Below, one piece after another: positions 1-13,575 of a DNA stretch of 64,000 nt; the first letter of the stretch is position 1, and each line of letters opens with the position of its first letter. This DNA is from the human T2T-CHM13v2.0 reference genome, Homo sapiens. The position numbers were made by a program, and so were the translations under genes. The stretch lies in assembly GCF_009914755.1 (NCBI RefSeq), contig NC_060940.1; one strand, written 5' to 3'. Under the pieces are notes generated by a model. That model searched no databases, had not been told where the DNA came from, and worked only from the letters and a program-made list of their open reading frames with translations.

Positions 1-51
1 TGCCCAGTCTCAGGTATGTCTTTATCAGCAGCATGAAAATGGACTAATACA
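1..51 (+). mobile_element. THE1/MST LTR 3' end (cut by window edge)
   Basis: cccagtctcaggtatgtctttatcagcagcatgaaaatggactaataca is the THE1 terminus. Confidence 0.85.
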
Positions 52-168
52 GAGATATATCCTGCAAAATCCGTCCCCAGTACTCCTGAAAACTGCCAAG
101 CTCTGTAGAGTTAGAGTTAGAATACCTTTTGTTGTTGAAGATGTGAGGGAAGTATGCATGTGAATTGA

Positions 169-475
<307 letters not shown>

Positions 476-699
476 CTGAATTCACTTTTGTGCCATTTTT
501 GTAAATACAATAGTTTTGTACAACCTTAGAAAAATAAGGAAAGGCTGAAGAAGCTACACATTTGGTTGGTGTGGTTTCTAATGTAGTTTTATTTTACATT
601 AAAAGGTTTAGACAATGGGTCCTCATGGCAGTTGCTGGTGACTTACCTTGTAGTTGTAAAGCTGGGTTCTTGTTTTCTTTTTCTTTTAAATGAAATTAT

Positions 700-751
700 A
701 ATAATAATAATAATAATAATAATAATTATTATTATTATTATTATTATTATT
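700..751. repeat. (AAT)n(ATT)n microsatellite forming a perfect 52-bp palindrome
   Basis: 26-bp arms centred at 725/726, no spacer. Confidence 0.95.
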
Positions 752-1034
752 TTGAGACAGCCTCTTGTTCTGTTACCCGAGCTGGAGTGCAGTGGTAAGT
801 CGTAGCTCACTGCAGCCTTTAACTCCTAGATTCAAGGGATCATCCCATCTCAGCCTGCCAAGTAGCTGGGACCACAGGCAGATGCCTTCACGCCTGGCTA
901 ATTTTTAAATTGTTGGTAGAGATGAGGTTTCTGTATGTTGCCCAGGCTGGTCTCTAACTCCTGTGCTCAATCGATCCTCCTGCCTCAGCCTCCCAAATTG
1001 CTGGGATGATAGGTGTGAGCCACTGCACCTGGCT
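728..1034 (-). mobile_element. AluJ
   Basis: Diverged dimeric Alu with J-type motifs (gctcactgcagcc, gatcctcctgcc) and (ATT)n tail. Confidence 0.9.
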
Positions 1035-1300
1035 GAGGCCTTGTTTTCTTGCTGGCTGTCAGCTGGGGACCTCTATCAGCTTCTAGAGGCCACCTGCATT
1101 CTTTGACATGGCCCTGTCACAACATGGTAGCTTACTTCCTCCTAGCCAGCAAGGGAGTCCCTAAGTCTCCTAAGGGGAAATCTTATTTGGTGAAATATGA
1201 TCAAGGGAGTGACATTTGGCACCTTTGCCATATTCTGTTGATTAGAAGCAGGTCACAAGTTCCATCCTCTCTCAGGCGGGGAGGCTTGTACAAGGGAGTC
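1035..1300 (-). mobile_element. MLT1-family MaLR LTR fragment
   Basis: cacctttgccatattctgttgattagaagcaggtcaca motif typical of MLT1. Confidence 0.6.
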
Positions 1301-2208
1301 ACCTTAGCTGTGTGCAATCAGGAATACAGCCCAGGGGCCGTGCCTGACAGTTAAGAGGACTCAGTGTGATCAAGCTGATCAATATGAAGTGGGTTAGGCA
1401 GCTGCCAGTGCTAAATTCTGTTTGGGAGTTTTCCAAGAACCAGCCCTACCCATGAGTATCTCTCTGGGTAAACCTCCTGCAACTTGGGAGTCACCTTAGC
1501 TGTGAGAACCGTTTTTCGATCTTACCAGCAAAAATGACAGCCCAGGGTATTCCAGGCAGCTGCTTCTCCAGCTCCAGGCAGATGATTTTGGCCCTGCCTT
1601 GCAACAGAAATGGAATCGTTTCGAGGGGATGGTCTCCTCGCTCTGGATCCAGCAGCAGCAGATGCTCCAGCCGAAGACGTGTGTCCACTCTGAGCAAGGT
1701 TGAGAGAATCAAATTAATTTCTTTTATGACCCGAGGCAAGCTTGAAATTGGCTCTTCCAAGATGAAAAAGGAGAGGCAGGAGTGGCTTGCCTGGCTCCCT
1801 ACTCTCCTTCTCCTCCTGCCTCCACCTCCTTCCCAGCAGGGCTCCAGCAATTTAATCGGGGTGGGATTCCTTCCACCAAGCAAGGCAGTCTGTCACGCGC
1901 CGCTGCAGTAGGGGCCATGCCAGAGACAGCTTTTCGAAGCGGCATCTGTGGGCAGACATTTGGGCAACCCCACTAGGCTGGCAAGCCCTGGTCGATTTTT
2001 AGTGACCTCTTAGAAGTAGATGGGAGGGACTGTCAGCCATGCCGGAAGTGGGAGAGAGCAGAAGGGGTCAAAGACAAGCCTCGGCTGGGAAGAGCATCTC
2101 TGTGGTCCTGTAATTGATGATTGGGGTGGGGAGCATTGAAACGTTTCCCTTGAATCACAGCCTTCAGTGAGAATGGCTTTGCCTGCTGTTTGGACGGTGT
2201 GTTGAGAG

Positions 2209-2321
2209 TAGGGTAACCATATGTCCTCATTTGCTGCAACAGTCCCTGTTACGACTGCTTTCCTGGTTTTGCCTGTCTCGAAAGCATTCTGGTTTGGGCG
2301 ATAACTTATAAGGTCATCCTA
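2209..2321. mobile_element. MER94-like hAT-Blackjack MITE
   Basis: Terminal inverted repeats tagggtaacc...ggtcatccta; internal ggtttgggcgataa. Confidence 0.6.
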
Positions 2322-2325
2322 ATTC

Positions 2326-2526
2326 TGGGTTTCACAGTCTCAGCACTGTGGACATTTTGGGCTAGATAATCCTTTGGGTGAGGGTTGTCCTGTGCACTGT
2401 AAGGTGTGTAGCAGCATCCCTAGGCTCTGCCCACTAGATGCCAGTAGCACAACCCCCTGCCCCATTGTCATTGCCAAATGTCCCCTGAGGGGAGGAGGAG
2501 GAATCACCCCTGGATGAGAACCATGG
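2326..2526 (-). mobile_element. MER20
   Basis: gacattttgggctagataat...agcagcatccc...cccactagatgccagtagc...tgccaaatgtcccctg. Confidence 0.85.
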
Positions 2527-2649
2527 CCCTTTTTTAAGGGCACTGTTGAATCCTTCCTTCTGATACCATCTGGGGGTAACTTGAGTACTTGGTTCATGTT
2601 CTGGAAGGAAAAACTCCACATAGTGCTTCTGGGTTCATTTAGCCCATGT

Positions 2650-3130
2650 AAGCTTCGTTTTTCTGTTTCTTAGACCAGTATCTCACTTTTTGCAGGGAGA
2701 GGTGGGACCTCTCCTCCATTCTCAGCCCATGTGTTTTGGGTGACTCGAGAGACTGGGTTTGGCAGATGGGAGAATGCCATTCTCCTGGCTGTTGTGATTG
2801 ATTCAGAAACCTGCCTTTAAGGTGGTTCAAAGAGCATCAGTGGCAGGACTTCTGTTAGGTGGATAGGGAAAGAGGGGTTCTCTTTTTGCTGGGGTTGCAA
2901 ACCTGGTAGGGTGGAAACCGGGAGCTGCTGGTGGTCATCTCATCACCCTGGGGGAGAGCCTGCCTGAGAAGGAAATCACAGGAGAGCCGAGCTGAGAGAG
3001 GAGAAGGAAAGCCGATCACACTGTCTAACAGCCTGTATCCCCTCCAACCTGATGACAGATCTCACCTAGAGTGAATTTCTCAGTGAAGCCAGTTTGACTT
3101 GAGTTTCTGTCAACTTGCAACTCAAAAAGG
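2650..3130 (+). mobile_element. MLT1J/K-type LTR
   Basis: gagagcctgcctgagaa...aagccagtttgacttgagtttctgtc...acttgcaac terminus. Confidence 0.6.
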
Positions 3131-3318
3131 CCATGTGTTGCCATGAGGTATTTCTCTGTTCCCTTTCCTAATCTAGAGATTAGGTAACTTTAATTCTGCT
3201 AATGCTGAGTTTTGTCTCATCAAATGGAAACATCACAGAAGTCTCTGATCTTGCCCCATCAACCCTTCCCATTACCTCTAGGGCTCAGCCAATGCTGCTG
3301 GTATCTTTTGCTTCATTT

Positions 3319-3639
3319 TTTCTTTTCTTTTCTTTTGTTTCTTTCTTTCTTTTTTTTTTTTCTGAGGCAGGGACTTGCTCTGTCACCCAGGCTGAAGTGC
3401 AGTGGTGTGATCACGGCTTACTGCAGCCTCAACCTCCTGGGCTCAAGTGATCCTCCCACCTCAGCCTCCTGAGCATAGGTGCACACCACCATGCCTGGCT
3501 AGTTTTTTAAATTTTGTTTGTAGAGAGGGGAGTCTTACTCAATCATTCAGGCTGGTCTCAAACTCCTGGGCTCCAGCAATCCTCCCACCTTGATCTCCCG
3601 AAGTGTTAGGATTACAGGTGTGAGCCACTGCATCTGGCT
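3319..3639 (-). mobile_element. AluJ
   Basis: Diverged dimeric Alu with ctcctgggctcaagtgatcctccc. Confidence 0.9.
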
Positions 3640-4079
3640 GCCTCATTTTTCTTAATCTTTCAAGACTCTGTAGAAATAATACCTACTCCTTTTCATTCCT
3701 CCTTATCTCCTGTCTTCCTTTCCAACACTATAGCCCTCTTTTCATTATTACCCACATTTACAAAAGGTCTTTGTAACTTAATGGCATACCCAGACAGAAA
3801 TAATGTTCTCTGGGTTAATTATCTAGTTTGCCACAATCTCCTGTACCAGATTCTACCCAGCCTGCTCTGATTATAAAGGGGACTATTGAGAAATAGCTGC
3901 AAAAATGCACAAAACCATAAGAATTCCCATTCTAAGACCCAGAGCAGATGGCTTTTGGATTATTCCCTTCTCTTTTTCTATCATATGTTTACATAATTGA
4001 GTTCATCATCTATATGAAGTCTTACATACATATATTTTTATAAAGATATAAAATTATACAATCACCCCAATTAAAAGGC

Positions 4080-4370
4080 ATGAACATTATTTTAATAATT
4101 GGAAGAAGATTTCATTGTACGAACATAGTGTAATTTCAGAAACATTTTTCTGTTGGTTGACACTTCATTTTTTACCATTTGCAATAATGTGATGGCTTCC
4201 TTGGGCATACATCTTTGTCCTCAACTGGATGTACTCCCCTAAAATAAATTTCTAGGAGTGGACCTTCTGGGTCAAAATGGGTGAGTATTTGTAAGGCTCT
4301 TGATACATATTGCCAAATGACCTTCCAGAAAAATTGTGCCTGTTTACATGCCTACCAGTGGCATGGAAGG
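4080..4370 (-). mobile_element. Old L1ME fragment
   Basis: ctaggagtgga...ctgggtcaaa...tgatacatattgccaaat...ttccagaaa, matching antisense L1M 3' region. Confidence 0.6.
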
Positions 4371-4502
4371 GTCAGATGTCAGAATCATGATTGCAATTAT
4401 TGATAAAGATCCAGCTAGTTCCAGTTTTGCCAACAATATTAACACCACCAGCACATCCACCAATAATAATAATAACAATAATGGTATGATAAATAAAATA
4501 GG

Positions 4503-4890
4503 TGATATGGTTTGGCTGTGTGTCTCCACCCAAATCTCATCTTGAATTATAATCACCAGGTGTCGCGTCGAGGGAGGGAGCTGTAAGCCCCACGTGTCGA
4601 AGGAGGGATGTGATTGGCTCATGGGGGTGGCTTCTCCCATGCTGGTCTCATGATAGTGAGTGAGTTCTCATGAGATCTGATGGTTTTAAATGTGGCAGTT
4701 TTTTCCCGTGCTCTCACTTCTCCCTCCTATCGCCTTGTGAAGATGTCTGCTTCTCCTTCTGTCATGATTGTAAGTTTCCTGAGGCCTCCCCAGCCATGCA
4801 GACCTGTTGTGAGTCAATTAAACCCCTTTTCTTTATCAATTACCCATTCTTGGCCAGTTGTTTATAGCAGTGTGAGGATGGACTAATACA
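4503..4890 (+). mobile_element. THE1D solo LTR
   Basis: tgatatggtttggctg...ggactaataca termini; TSD atagg/ataga. Confidence 0.9.
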
Positions 4891-4894
4891 ATAG

Positions 4895-5110
4895 ACTTAT
4901 TGGGAGCTTGTAATATTCTAGCTATGTTACTAAAAATTTCACACATTATTTCATTTAGTCCATCCAGTAACCTAGAGATTAGGTATTATTATAATTCCCC
5001 CATTTACAAAATAGGATAATAAGGTACAAAGACGTTAAGCATCTTGCCTAATGACCACAGCCAGTAAATGGTGGATCTTAGATTTGATGCCAGGCATCTG
5101 ACTTCTTCAA
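4895..5110 (-). mobile_element. MIR
   Basis: ccccatttaca...gttaagcatcttgcctaatgaccacagccagtaaatgg core. Confidence 0.75.
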
Positions 5111-5512
5111 GCATTGTTTACTGTTTTAGTATGACGGAGATGACTAGTTGGATGTAATTCCACCTGAATGGCTAGCTTTACTGTGTACAGATCACCAAAG
5201 ATCTACCTTGAGGAAAAACATTGCTATACATTGCAAATAATAGTCAGGGCTCTGGTATTAATGTTTCCCAGTCTCTCCCTCCTAAGGACATTGTCACCCT
5301 CCCAGACAGGTGTGTGGTAGAAGGAAACGACTCTCTCCTGATGCTATGAATTCCAAAGAATTCCCATTAACCATATTTCTAAGCCAGTTTGCTTTCTTTC
5401 AATGTGCACTTTCTGCAAAATGCCATCTGCACTTGTTTCCTGGGGAAACCATCTCTCTGAGGTGGGTAAGTTCTCATTGTGAAGATGGGGACTTGCCTAA
5501 TGTTTGGCATTC

Positions 5513-5632
5513 CCTTTTTGGGGCACGTACAGTGATTTCTGAACTGACTTGAAAGGCCATTAACTTGGTTTTTACTGCCTTTTCTGGCTTGCAAATTTAA
5601 TGCCTGGCTCCCAACATGTGTGAATGGACAAA
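5513..5632 (+). repeat. Copy 1 of a ~120-bp dispersed direct repeat (partner 7468-7588)
   Basis: 5575-5632 is identical to 7531-7588 over 58 bp; upstream half has scattered mismatches. Confidence 0.95.
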
Positions 5633-5788
5633 CAGCATCAGCATCATCTGGGAACTTGCTAGAAATAAAAATTCTCAGGCTTTACCCTAGACTTACAGAA
5701 CCAGCAACTCTGAGGGTAGGTTCCAGAAGTCTGTGAGTTTACAAATCTTCCAGGTGATTCTGATCCGTGCTAAAGTTGGATCTACTGC
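5605..5788 (+). mobile_element. MER5A
   Basis: cagcatcagcatcatctgggaacttgctagaaat...tccaggtgattctgat. Confidence 0.85.
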
Positions 5789-6212
5789 TCTAAACCTTAG
5801 TTTCTTCCTTTATAAAATAATAGTAGTAGTAGCTGTAGCAGTAATAATAATATTGGCTTCATGGTTATAGGGGGAATTCCATGAGTAATTTGAGTCCTTG
5901 GCACTGTGCTTGGCATACAGTAGGTGCTTAATAAGTGGTAGTTGGCATCACTATCTCTGAACTGTGAAGGTCGCTGTGCTTAACCTATGTAGTATTTATC
6001 AGCCCCGCATCCCACTCCGTTCAGGGATGGCCCTTCTCCTGCCTGTGGGTCTGGTGGGACCACTCTGCAGAATTTCTTATGCCCAGATCTTCTATCATGG
6101 TGTGACAAAAGCATGGCCCATCAAATGCCTGCCTTCTGGGAATTTGCATCTTAAGGAGAGATCATCAAGGATGTAGAGTGATTAGAGTCCGGTCATTCCA
6201 CGACCCTGCAGC

Positions 6213-6380
6213 CTAGTGCTTCTCAACCTTTAATCTGCTTAACGCTAACTGGAGGATCTTGTTCGAGGGCAGATTCTGACTCGAAAGGTCTGGGGTGGTT
6301 CTGAGAGAGAGTCTGCATTTCTGACGAGCTCTACTGGAGATGGTGATGCCAGTACTGCTGGTTTCTGGACTCACGGTGCA
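6213..6380. mobile_element. MER5B-like element
   Basis: gtgcttctcaacctttaat...ggatcttgtt...gcagattctgactc...tctgcatttct. Confidence 0.65.
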
Positions 6381-6484
6381 GTTGCATCCCGAGAGTAGTG
6401 AATCTCATTTTTCAACCTCACCTTAGAATCACCTAGGGGAGGTGTGAAACAAGACAGACCTGAGCCAGTTAAATCTCAGTTTCT

Positions 6485-6807
<323 letters not shown>

Positions 6808-7007
6808 TTAAATCTCAATTTCTGAGGGTGAGGGCCCAGCATCAGTGGTTTCTAAAAGTCTCTTTGGTTGACTGTTGGCTGCAGTGAGGGTTGAGATCCA
6901 CCACCATACAAAGATGGTCCAACTGGAACCCCCTCAAGTCTGGGAACTCTATTCTTTCTCTGATCCTGTAAGCTCCCCGCTTTTTAATGTAAAGATTTGG
7001 TTCTGTT

Positions 7008-7308
<301 letters not shown>

Positions 7309-7467
7309 GATTTGGTTCTGTTGCTTGAAAACTAAGAACCTTAACTGATAGAGCCTCAGAAATGAGAAGAGAGTCAAGGTGAGTGTTCATTGCCTCTGGG
7401 CTCTCCAGCTGCAGATCCTCTTGCTTCTCTGTGCTTCTCTTTGGGATGACACCACAGAGACATTAAA

Positions 7468-7588
7468 CCTTTTGGAGGGCCCGTACAGTAATTTCTGAAC
7501 CAACTTGAAAAGCCATAAACTTGGTTTTTCCTGCCTTTTCTGGCTTGCAAATTTAATGCCTGGCTCCCAACATGTGTGAATGGACAAA
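7468..7588 (+). repeat. Copy 2 of the ~120-bp dispersed direct repeat
   Basis: See 5513-5632. Confidence 0.95.
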
Positions 7589-7795
7589 TAAAAGAGGAAC
7601 TGTCCCTTCCTCTCTTTGCCCCCATCAAGGGCCACCTGAGAGACTGTATCTCTTTAGGATCGCTTAGCTCTTTCCTCAGTCCCAGGTCTGGATTTTGCGG
7701 GTGACAGCTTCACCAGTATGTGACAAGCCATGCCAGGTGACCAGAGTGTGAACCAGCCTGCTCACCTGTCAGGTGGTGGTAATGAAAACCGATGG

Positions 7796-7898
7796 ACCTG
7801 GTGCGGTGGCTCAACACCTGTAATCCTAACACTTTGGGAGTCTGAGGTGGGAGGATCACGAGGTCAGGAGTTCAAGACCAGCCTGGCCAATGTGGTGA
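7796..7898 (+). mobile_element. 3'-truncated Alu left-arm fragment
   Basis: Alu 5' ~100 bp ending abruptly at ccaatgtggtga, no tail. Confidence 0.85.
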
Positions 7899-8162
7899 GG
7901 GCCTGAAGTAGTGGGAACAGAGGGTGACTGAGGCAGAGTCAGCCTTAAAAGATCAGTCGCTAAAAAGGACTTCAACTGCCTGCCTTTGGGGAGAGGGATT
8001 TGATGGGAGAAGGGCTGGGGTAAGACAGCTTTGTTTTCCATTTCAAGTCATTTGTATCATTTGCTTGTACTGCTTTGATAAAGAGAAATCTGAAATTCTA
8101 GAAAAAATTAGAAGTGAAAAAAAATTCCTTTATAGCCATGAGCAGAACCGTTAACAATAGCA

Positions 8163-8461
8163 GCCGGGTATGGTGGCTCACGCCTGTAATCTCAGCACTT
8201 TGGGAGGCCGAGGTGGGTGGATCACCTGAGGTCAGGAGTTCAAGGCCAGCCTGGCCAACATGGCAAAACCCCGTCTCTACTAAAAATACAAAAATTGCCA
8301 GGCGTGGTGGTGGGTGCCTGTAATGCCAGCTACTCAGGAGACTGAGTATGGAGAAACACTTGAATCCAGGAGGCGGAGGTTGCAGTGAGCCGAGAGCGCT
8401 CCATTGTACTCCAGCCTGGGTGACAGGAGTGAAACTCTATCTCTAAACAAACAAACAAAAA
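8163..8461 (+). mobile_element. AluSx
   Basis: ggatcacctgaggtcaggag; (AAAC)n tail; TSD a(a/g)caatagca. Confidence 0.9.
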
Positions 8462-8555
8462 GCAATAGCAATAGCAACAGTAATGACACTAACTTATATT
8501 GATGTGCTAGATTTTATCCATGTCACCTCATTCACCTTTAGTTCTCACTACAACC

Positions 8556-8670
8556 TTGGGTGACAAACTTGTGTTGGCTTTAGCACTTTACTGGATTTGA
8601 CACTGAGCGTTCCCTATACCTGGAACCACTTCGGTCCTAGATAAACCAAAGAGGATGGCTGGTCACCCTA
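8556..8670. mobile_element. MER81 hAT MITE inserted in a MIR
   Basis: TIRs ttgggtgac.../...ggtcacccta; 8-bp TSD ctacaacc/ctacagcc. Confidence 0.75.
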
Positions 8671-8678
8671 CTACAGCC

Positions 8679-9625
8679 CCAGAGGCAGCTGCTATTAACC
8701 AATGCATGCTGCAGGGGAGGAAACTGAGACCCTGAGAACTTCTGTAACTCGCATCATGGTCACACAGCTAGTTAGTGGTAGAAACAAGTTACATACCGAC
8801 TCGGTGGTGGACACAATTAAGGGTCCCACAGTCAGTTAGTTGTAGAAACAGTTAAGAGTCACACAGCTAGTCAGTGGTTGACATAGTTAAGGGTTGTGCA
8901 GCTAGTCAGTGGTAGATACTGTTAGTTAAGGGTCACATAGGTAGTCAGTGGTGGACACAGTTAAGGGTCACACAGTTAGTGATAGATTTAAGGGTTACAC
9001 AGCTAGTTAGTGGTAGATACAGTTAGTTAAGGGTTACACAGCTAGTTAGTGGTAGACACAGTTAAGGGTCACACAGCTAGTCAATGGTAGACAGTTAAAA
9101 GACACATGGATAGTTTAAGACACATGGATAGTTTAGTGGTAGATACAGTTAGTTAAGGGCCACACATCTAGTCAGAGGCAGGTATATTTAGTTAAAGGTC
9201 ACAAAGCTAGTCAGTGGTAGGTACAGCTAGTTAAGGGTCACAAAGCTAGTCAGTGGTAGGTACAGTTAGTTAGGGGTTACACAGCTAGTCAGTGGCAGAC
9301 AGTTAAGGGTCACAAGACTAGTCAATGGTAGACAATTAAAAGACACATGGATAGTTTAGTGGTTGATACAGTTAGTGAAGGGTCACACGGCTAGTCAGTG
9401 GTAGGTACAGTTAGTTAAGGGTCACACGGCTAGTCAGTGGTAGGTGTAGTTAGTTAAGGGTCACACCGCTAGTCAGTGGTAGGTATAGTTAGTTAAGGGT
9501 CACACGGCTAGTCAGTGGTAGGTACAGTTAGTTAAGGGTCACACAGCTAGTCAGTGGTAGGTACAGTTGGTGAGCCATCTCATCACTCGTTTAGTAGTAG
9601 AGCTTGGATTGGAACCAGGTAGGGC
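8679..9625 (-). mobile_element. MIR whose core is expanded into a minisatellite
   Basis: gaggaaactgagac...ggtcacacagctagttagtgg precedes the array; tagtagagcttggattggaaccagg resumes after it. Confidence 0.75.
8758..9568 (+). repeat. Minisatellite of ~23 units, mostly 33-39 bp, consensus ggtcacacagctagtcagtggtaggtacagttagttaag
   Basis: Exact 39-bp period at 9381, 9420, 9459, 9498, 9537; shorter degenerate units toward the 5' end. Confidence 0.95.
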
Positions 9626-9779
9626 TGTGTCTGTTACATTACATCACGTCACATGGAGTCTCAGAGCTGAAAGGACTTTAGGGTCGCCGTGTCTATTCCC
9701 CTTGTTTGTAGATGGGGAAACTTGCCTGAGTGGCGGAACGCCCTACCCAAGGTCGCATGGTGAGTTTTGGGCTTCTAAG

Positions 9780-10080
9780 AGACCACTGGAGGAAGTCAGG
9801 GAGACATGCCCTGGCAGGGACCCGTCCGGAGGCCTGCCAATTGGCTTTGAGAGGAGCGCGTCTTGCATCTCCCAGGAAGGATTGGCAGAGGGAGGGCGGG
9901 CGTCTCGGGCCGGGGGCTGGTGCCCGGGGCTGGGGCTGAGGGGAGGGGGAGGCTGCTTCTCTTTGTAATTTACATACACAGCAGCAACAGCCTGGGGGAA
10001 AACAACCCAAACAAACTCTCAAAGGATGTTTTGGACTTAATCCCGGGATCGGAAGCAGCTCGGTAAGATAAATAAGATAA
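9780..10080 (+). promoter_or_regulatory. Candidate promoter / first exon
   Basis: Local GC/CpG enrichment in non-repeat sequence; gccaattggc 9836-9845, attgg 9881, GC box gggcggg 9894-9900, G-run cluster, 5' splice site tcg|gtaaga (GT at 10063), two AGATAA. Confidence 0.5.
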
Positions 10081-10954
10081 AGTTGGTGTGCCTCTTAAGG
10101 TTGAACGATCATATCACTATTGCATTTGAAATATTCATGAGGGGAAGGGAGGTATGAGAAACAGCTACAGAAACATATTCTGCTTTGAAAAGGCAGAATT
10201 CAAAGGCATGAAAAATGAATCAGGGGAAATTAATGTCGAGGTTGGGAGGGGGGTGGGCTGGTGGGGGGACAATTATTGCCCAGAAGGAATAAGGAAAGAG
10301 ATGTGGAGGAGATGTTTCAGACTGGGCCGTGATCAGAATTCTGTATCCTGCCTGGAATATTTGAAATGTCAATTGTCTCATATATCATTTGAAGTCAATA
10401 CTTGGTCGCAAAATGGATGATTCTAGCAAGGATTAAAAAGCAGGGTGGGCTGGGGGATATGGGATGGGGAGGGTGGAGTGGGGTGGGGCAGGGAGATGGA
10501 AAAAGATGGGTAAAGTGAACTAAGTCCTATAAATTGTGGACGAATTACTGATCACTCAAAGAGGGCTCTGGAGGAGTAAGATGCAAAGAAACGGGAATTT
10601 CTTGTGATTTCTTGCAAGTCTCTCGGTCTTGGTTTCTCCCTTTATAAAGCCAGGAGGTTGGGCTGGATGTTCTCCTAGATGGTCCCACTTTGCCTTGTGG
10701 AGGGGGTGGGGCTCTGATTTGGAGATGTGCTTGGAAATAGAGGGTTCCTTAAGGCAAGAGGGTCAAGGGTATTGACGAACGGTAGCAATACAGACATGAT
10801 GCTTGTGGTTAATGGTGGCTCTCAGCAGAGCCCTGCAAGTCTACACCGTGTTAGGGGGGCCAGTGGGGTTTGGCCCCATTTAAAAGCAAGCCCTTGGACT
10901 GTGGACTGGCGCGGTCATTCTAGAGAGATCTGACACTAAAGCAAATGAAGGCTG

Positions 10955-11110
10955 CATATTCTCTGTGGTCCCAGACCAGCAGCATCAGCATCACCTGGGA
11001 GCTTGTTAGAAATGGAAATTCTCGAGTCTCCTTCCAGACTTCTTGAGTCAAAATCTGCCTTTTAACAAGATCCCTGGGTGAGTCCTGTGCATATTAAAGA
11101 CTGAGCAGCA
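10955..11110 (+). mobile_element. MER5A1
   Basis: gaccagcagcatcagcatcacctgggagcttgttagaaatg...ttttaacaagatccc. Confidence 0.85.
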
Positions 11111-11231
11111 GCAATTCCCCTCCTGGATTTATACCCCAGAGAAAGTTTCACCCAAGGATGTTCAAGGAGGTGGGTTTGTGGTAGCGGGGTATTGGAAGCC
11201 ACTGCTGTGCGCATCAGAAGGGGATAGATAA

Positions 11232-11680
<449 letters not shown>

Positions 11681-11896
11681 TAGAATCAATTTATAGCAAG
11701 TGTCTTTGTTTGTGCTGCTATAAAGGAACACCTGAGGCTGGATAATTTACAAAGAAAAAAAGTTTATTTGGCTCATCATTCTGCAAGAATCATGGCACCA
11801 ACATCTGCTTCTGATGAGGGCTTCAGGAAGCTTCCACTCATGGCAGAAGTGAAGAGGAACTGGTGTGTGTAGATCACATGGTAAGATAGAGAGAGA

Positions 11897-12989
<1,093 letters not shown>

Positions 12990-13575
12990 TCAACATGAGA
13001 CTTGGCAGGGGCCAAAACAAACCATATCTAGACCATAGTATGACACAATTTTTATTGGTTAAAAATGTATTTGTACACAAGACAGTATGCTTAAAGCTAC
13101 AAGAGGGCAGGGATTTCTGTCTATTTTGTTCACCGTTGTCTTCTTGCCACATTCTGAACACTCAATATTTGATGAGCAAATGCACTTCACAAGAATGCGC
13201 ACACATTCAAGAGAAGAGGAATACCTCAGCTGAGGGGGTTTTGCACTGCACCGTGGTGATGCCAGAAACTCAGGAGTAATTCACTCCACTTTCTGCACCT
13301 GGGGTGAAATAGAAGCCCAATCTTGTGTGAGAGGTGAGGGGGAGGGTGGCCGGGCTGGCCTACGTTTGCAGAGCTTGTTCCATTTCACAGTGGCTTGGCT
13401 GCCCTGCCCTTGGTCCCTCCAAGGTCCTGCTTGCTCAGCTCTTGGCTTGCCACCTTCCTGCTCCATCTCTAAGGCTTTATTGGCTGTTCCTGTAGAAACA
13501 GACTCTCCAAGTCATGGCTTTTTCTCAGCATTTTGCATGTACCACCTCCCTTATCCTCACAACACTGCCTACAAC

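Noticed and set aside
1491-1911. Overlapping 130-aa and 125-aa ORFs in unique sequence
   Set aside because: No recognisable domain, low-complexity composition, open on both strands; consistent with chance in GC-richer DNA.
2431-2445. CTCF-like ccactagatgccag
   Set aside because: Part of the MER20 consensus with an imperfect core; no copy-specific support.
8758-9568. CRISPR-like array (regular ~35-39 bp period)
   Set aside because: No unique spacers, units are contiguous and MIR-derived, no cas genes, human context.
9567-10066. Cluster of ORFs up to 133 aa
   Set aside because: Stop-poor because of GC richness; no recognisable protein.
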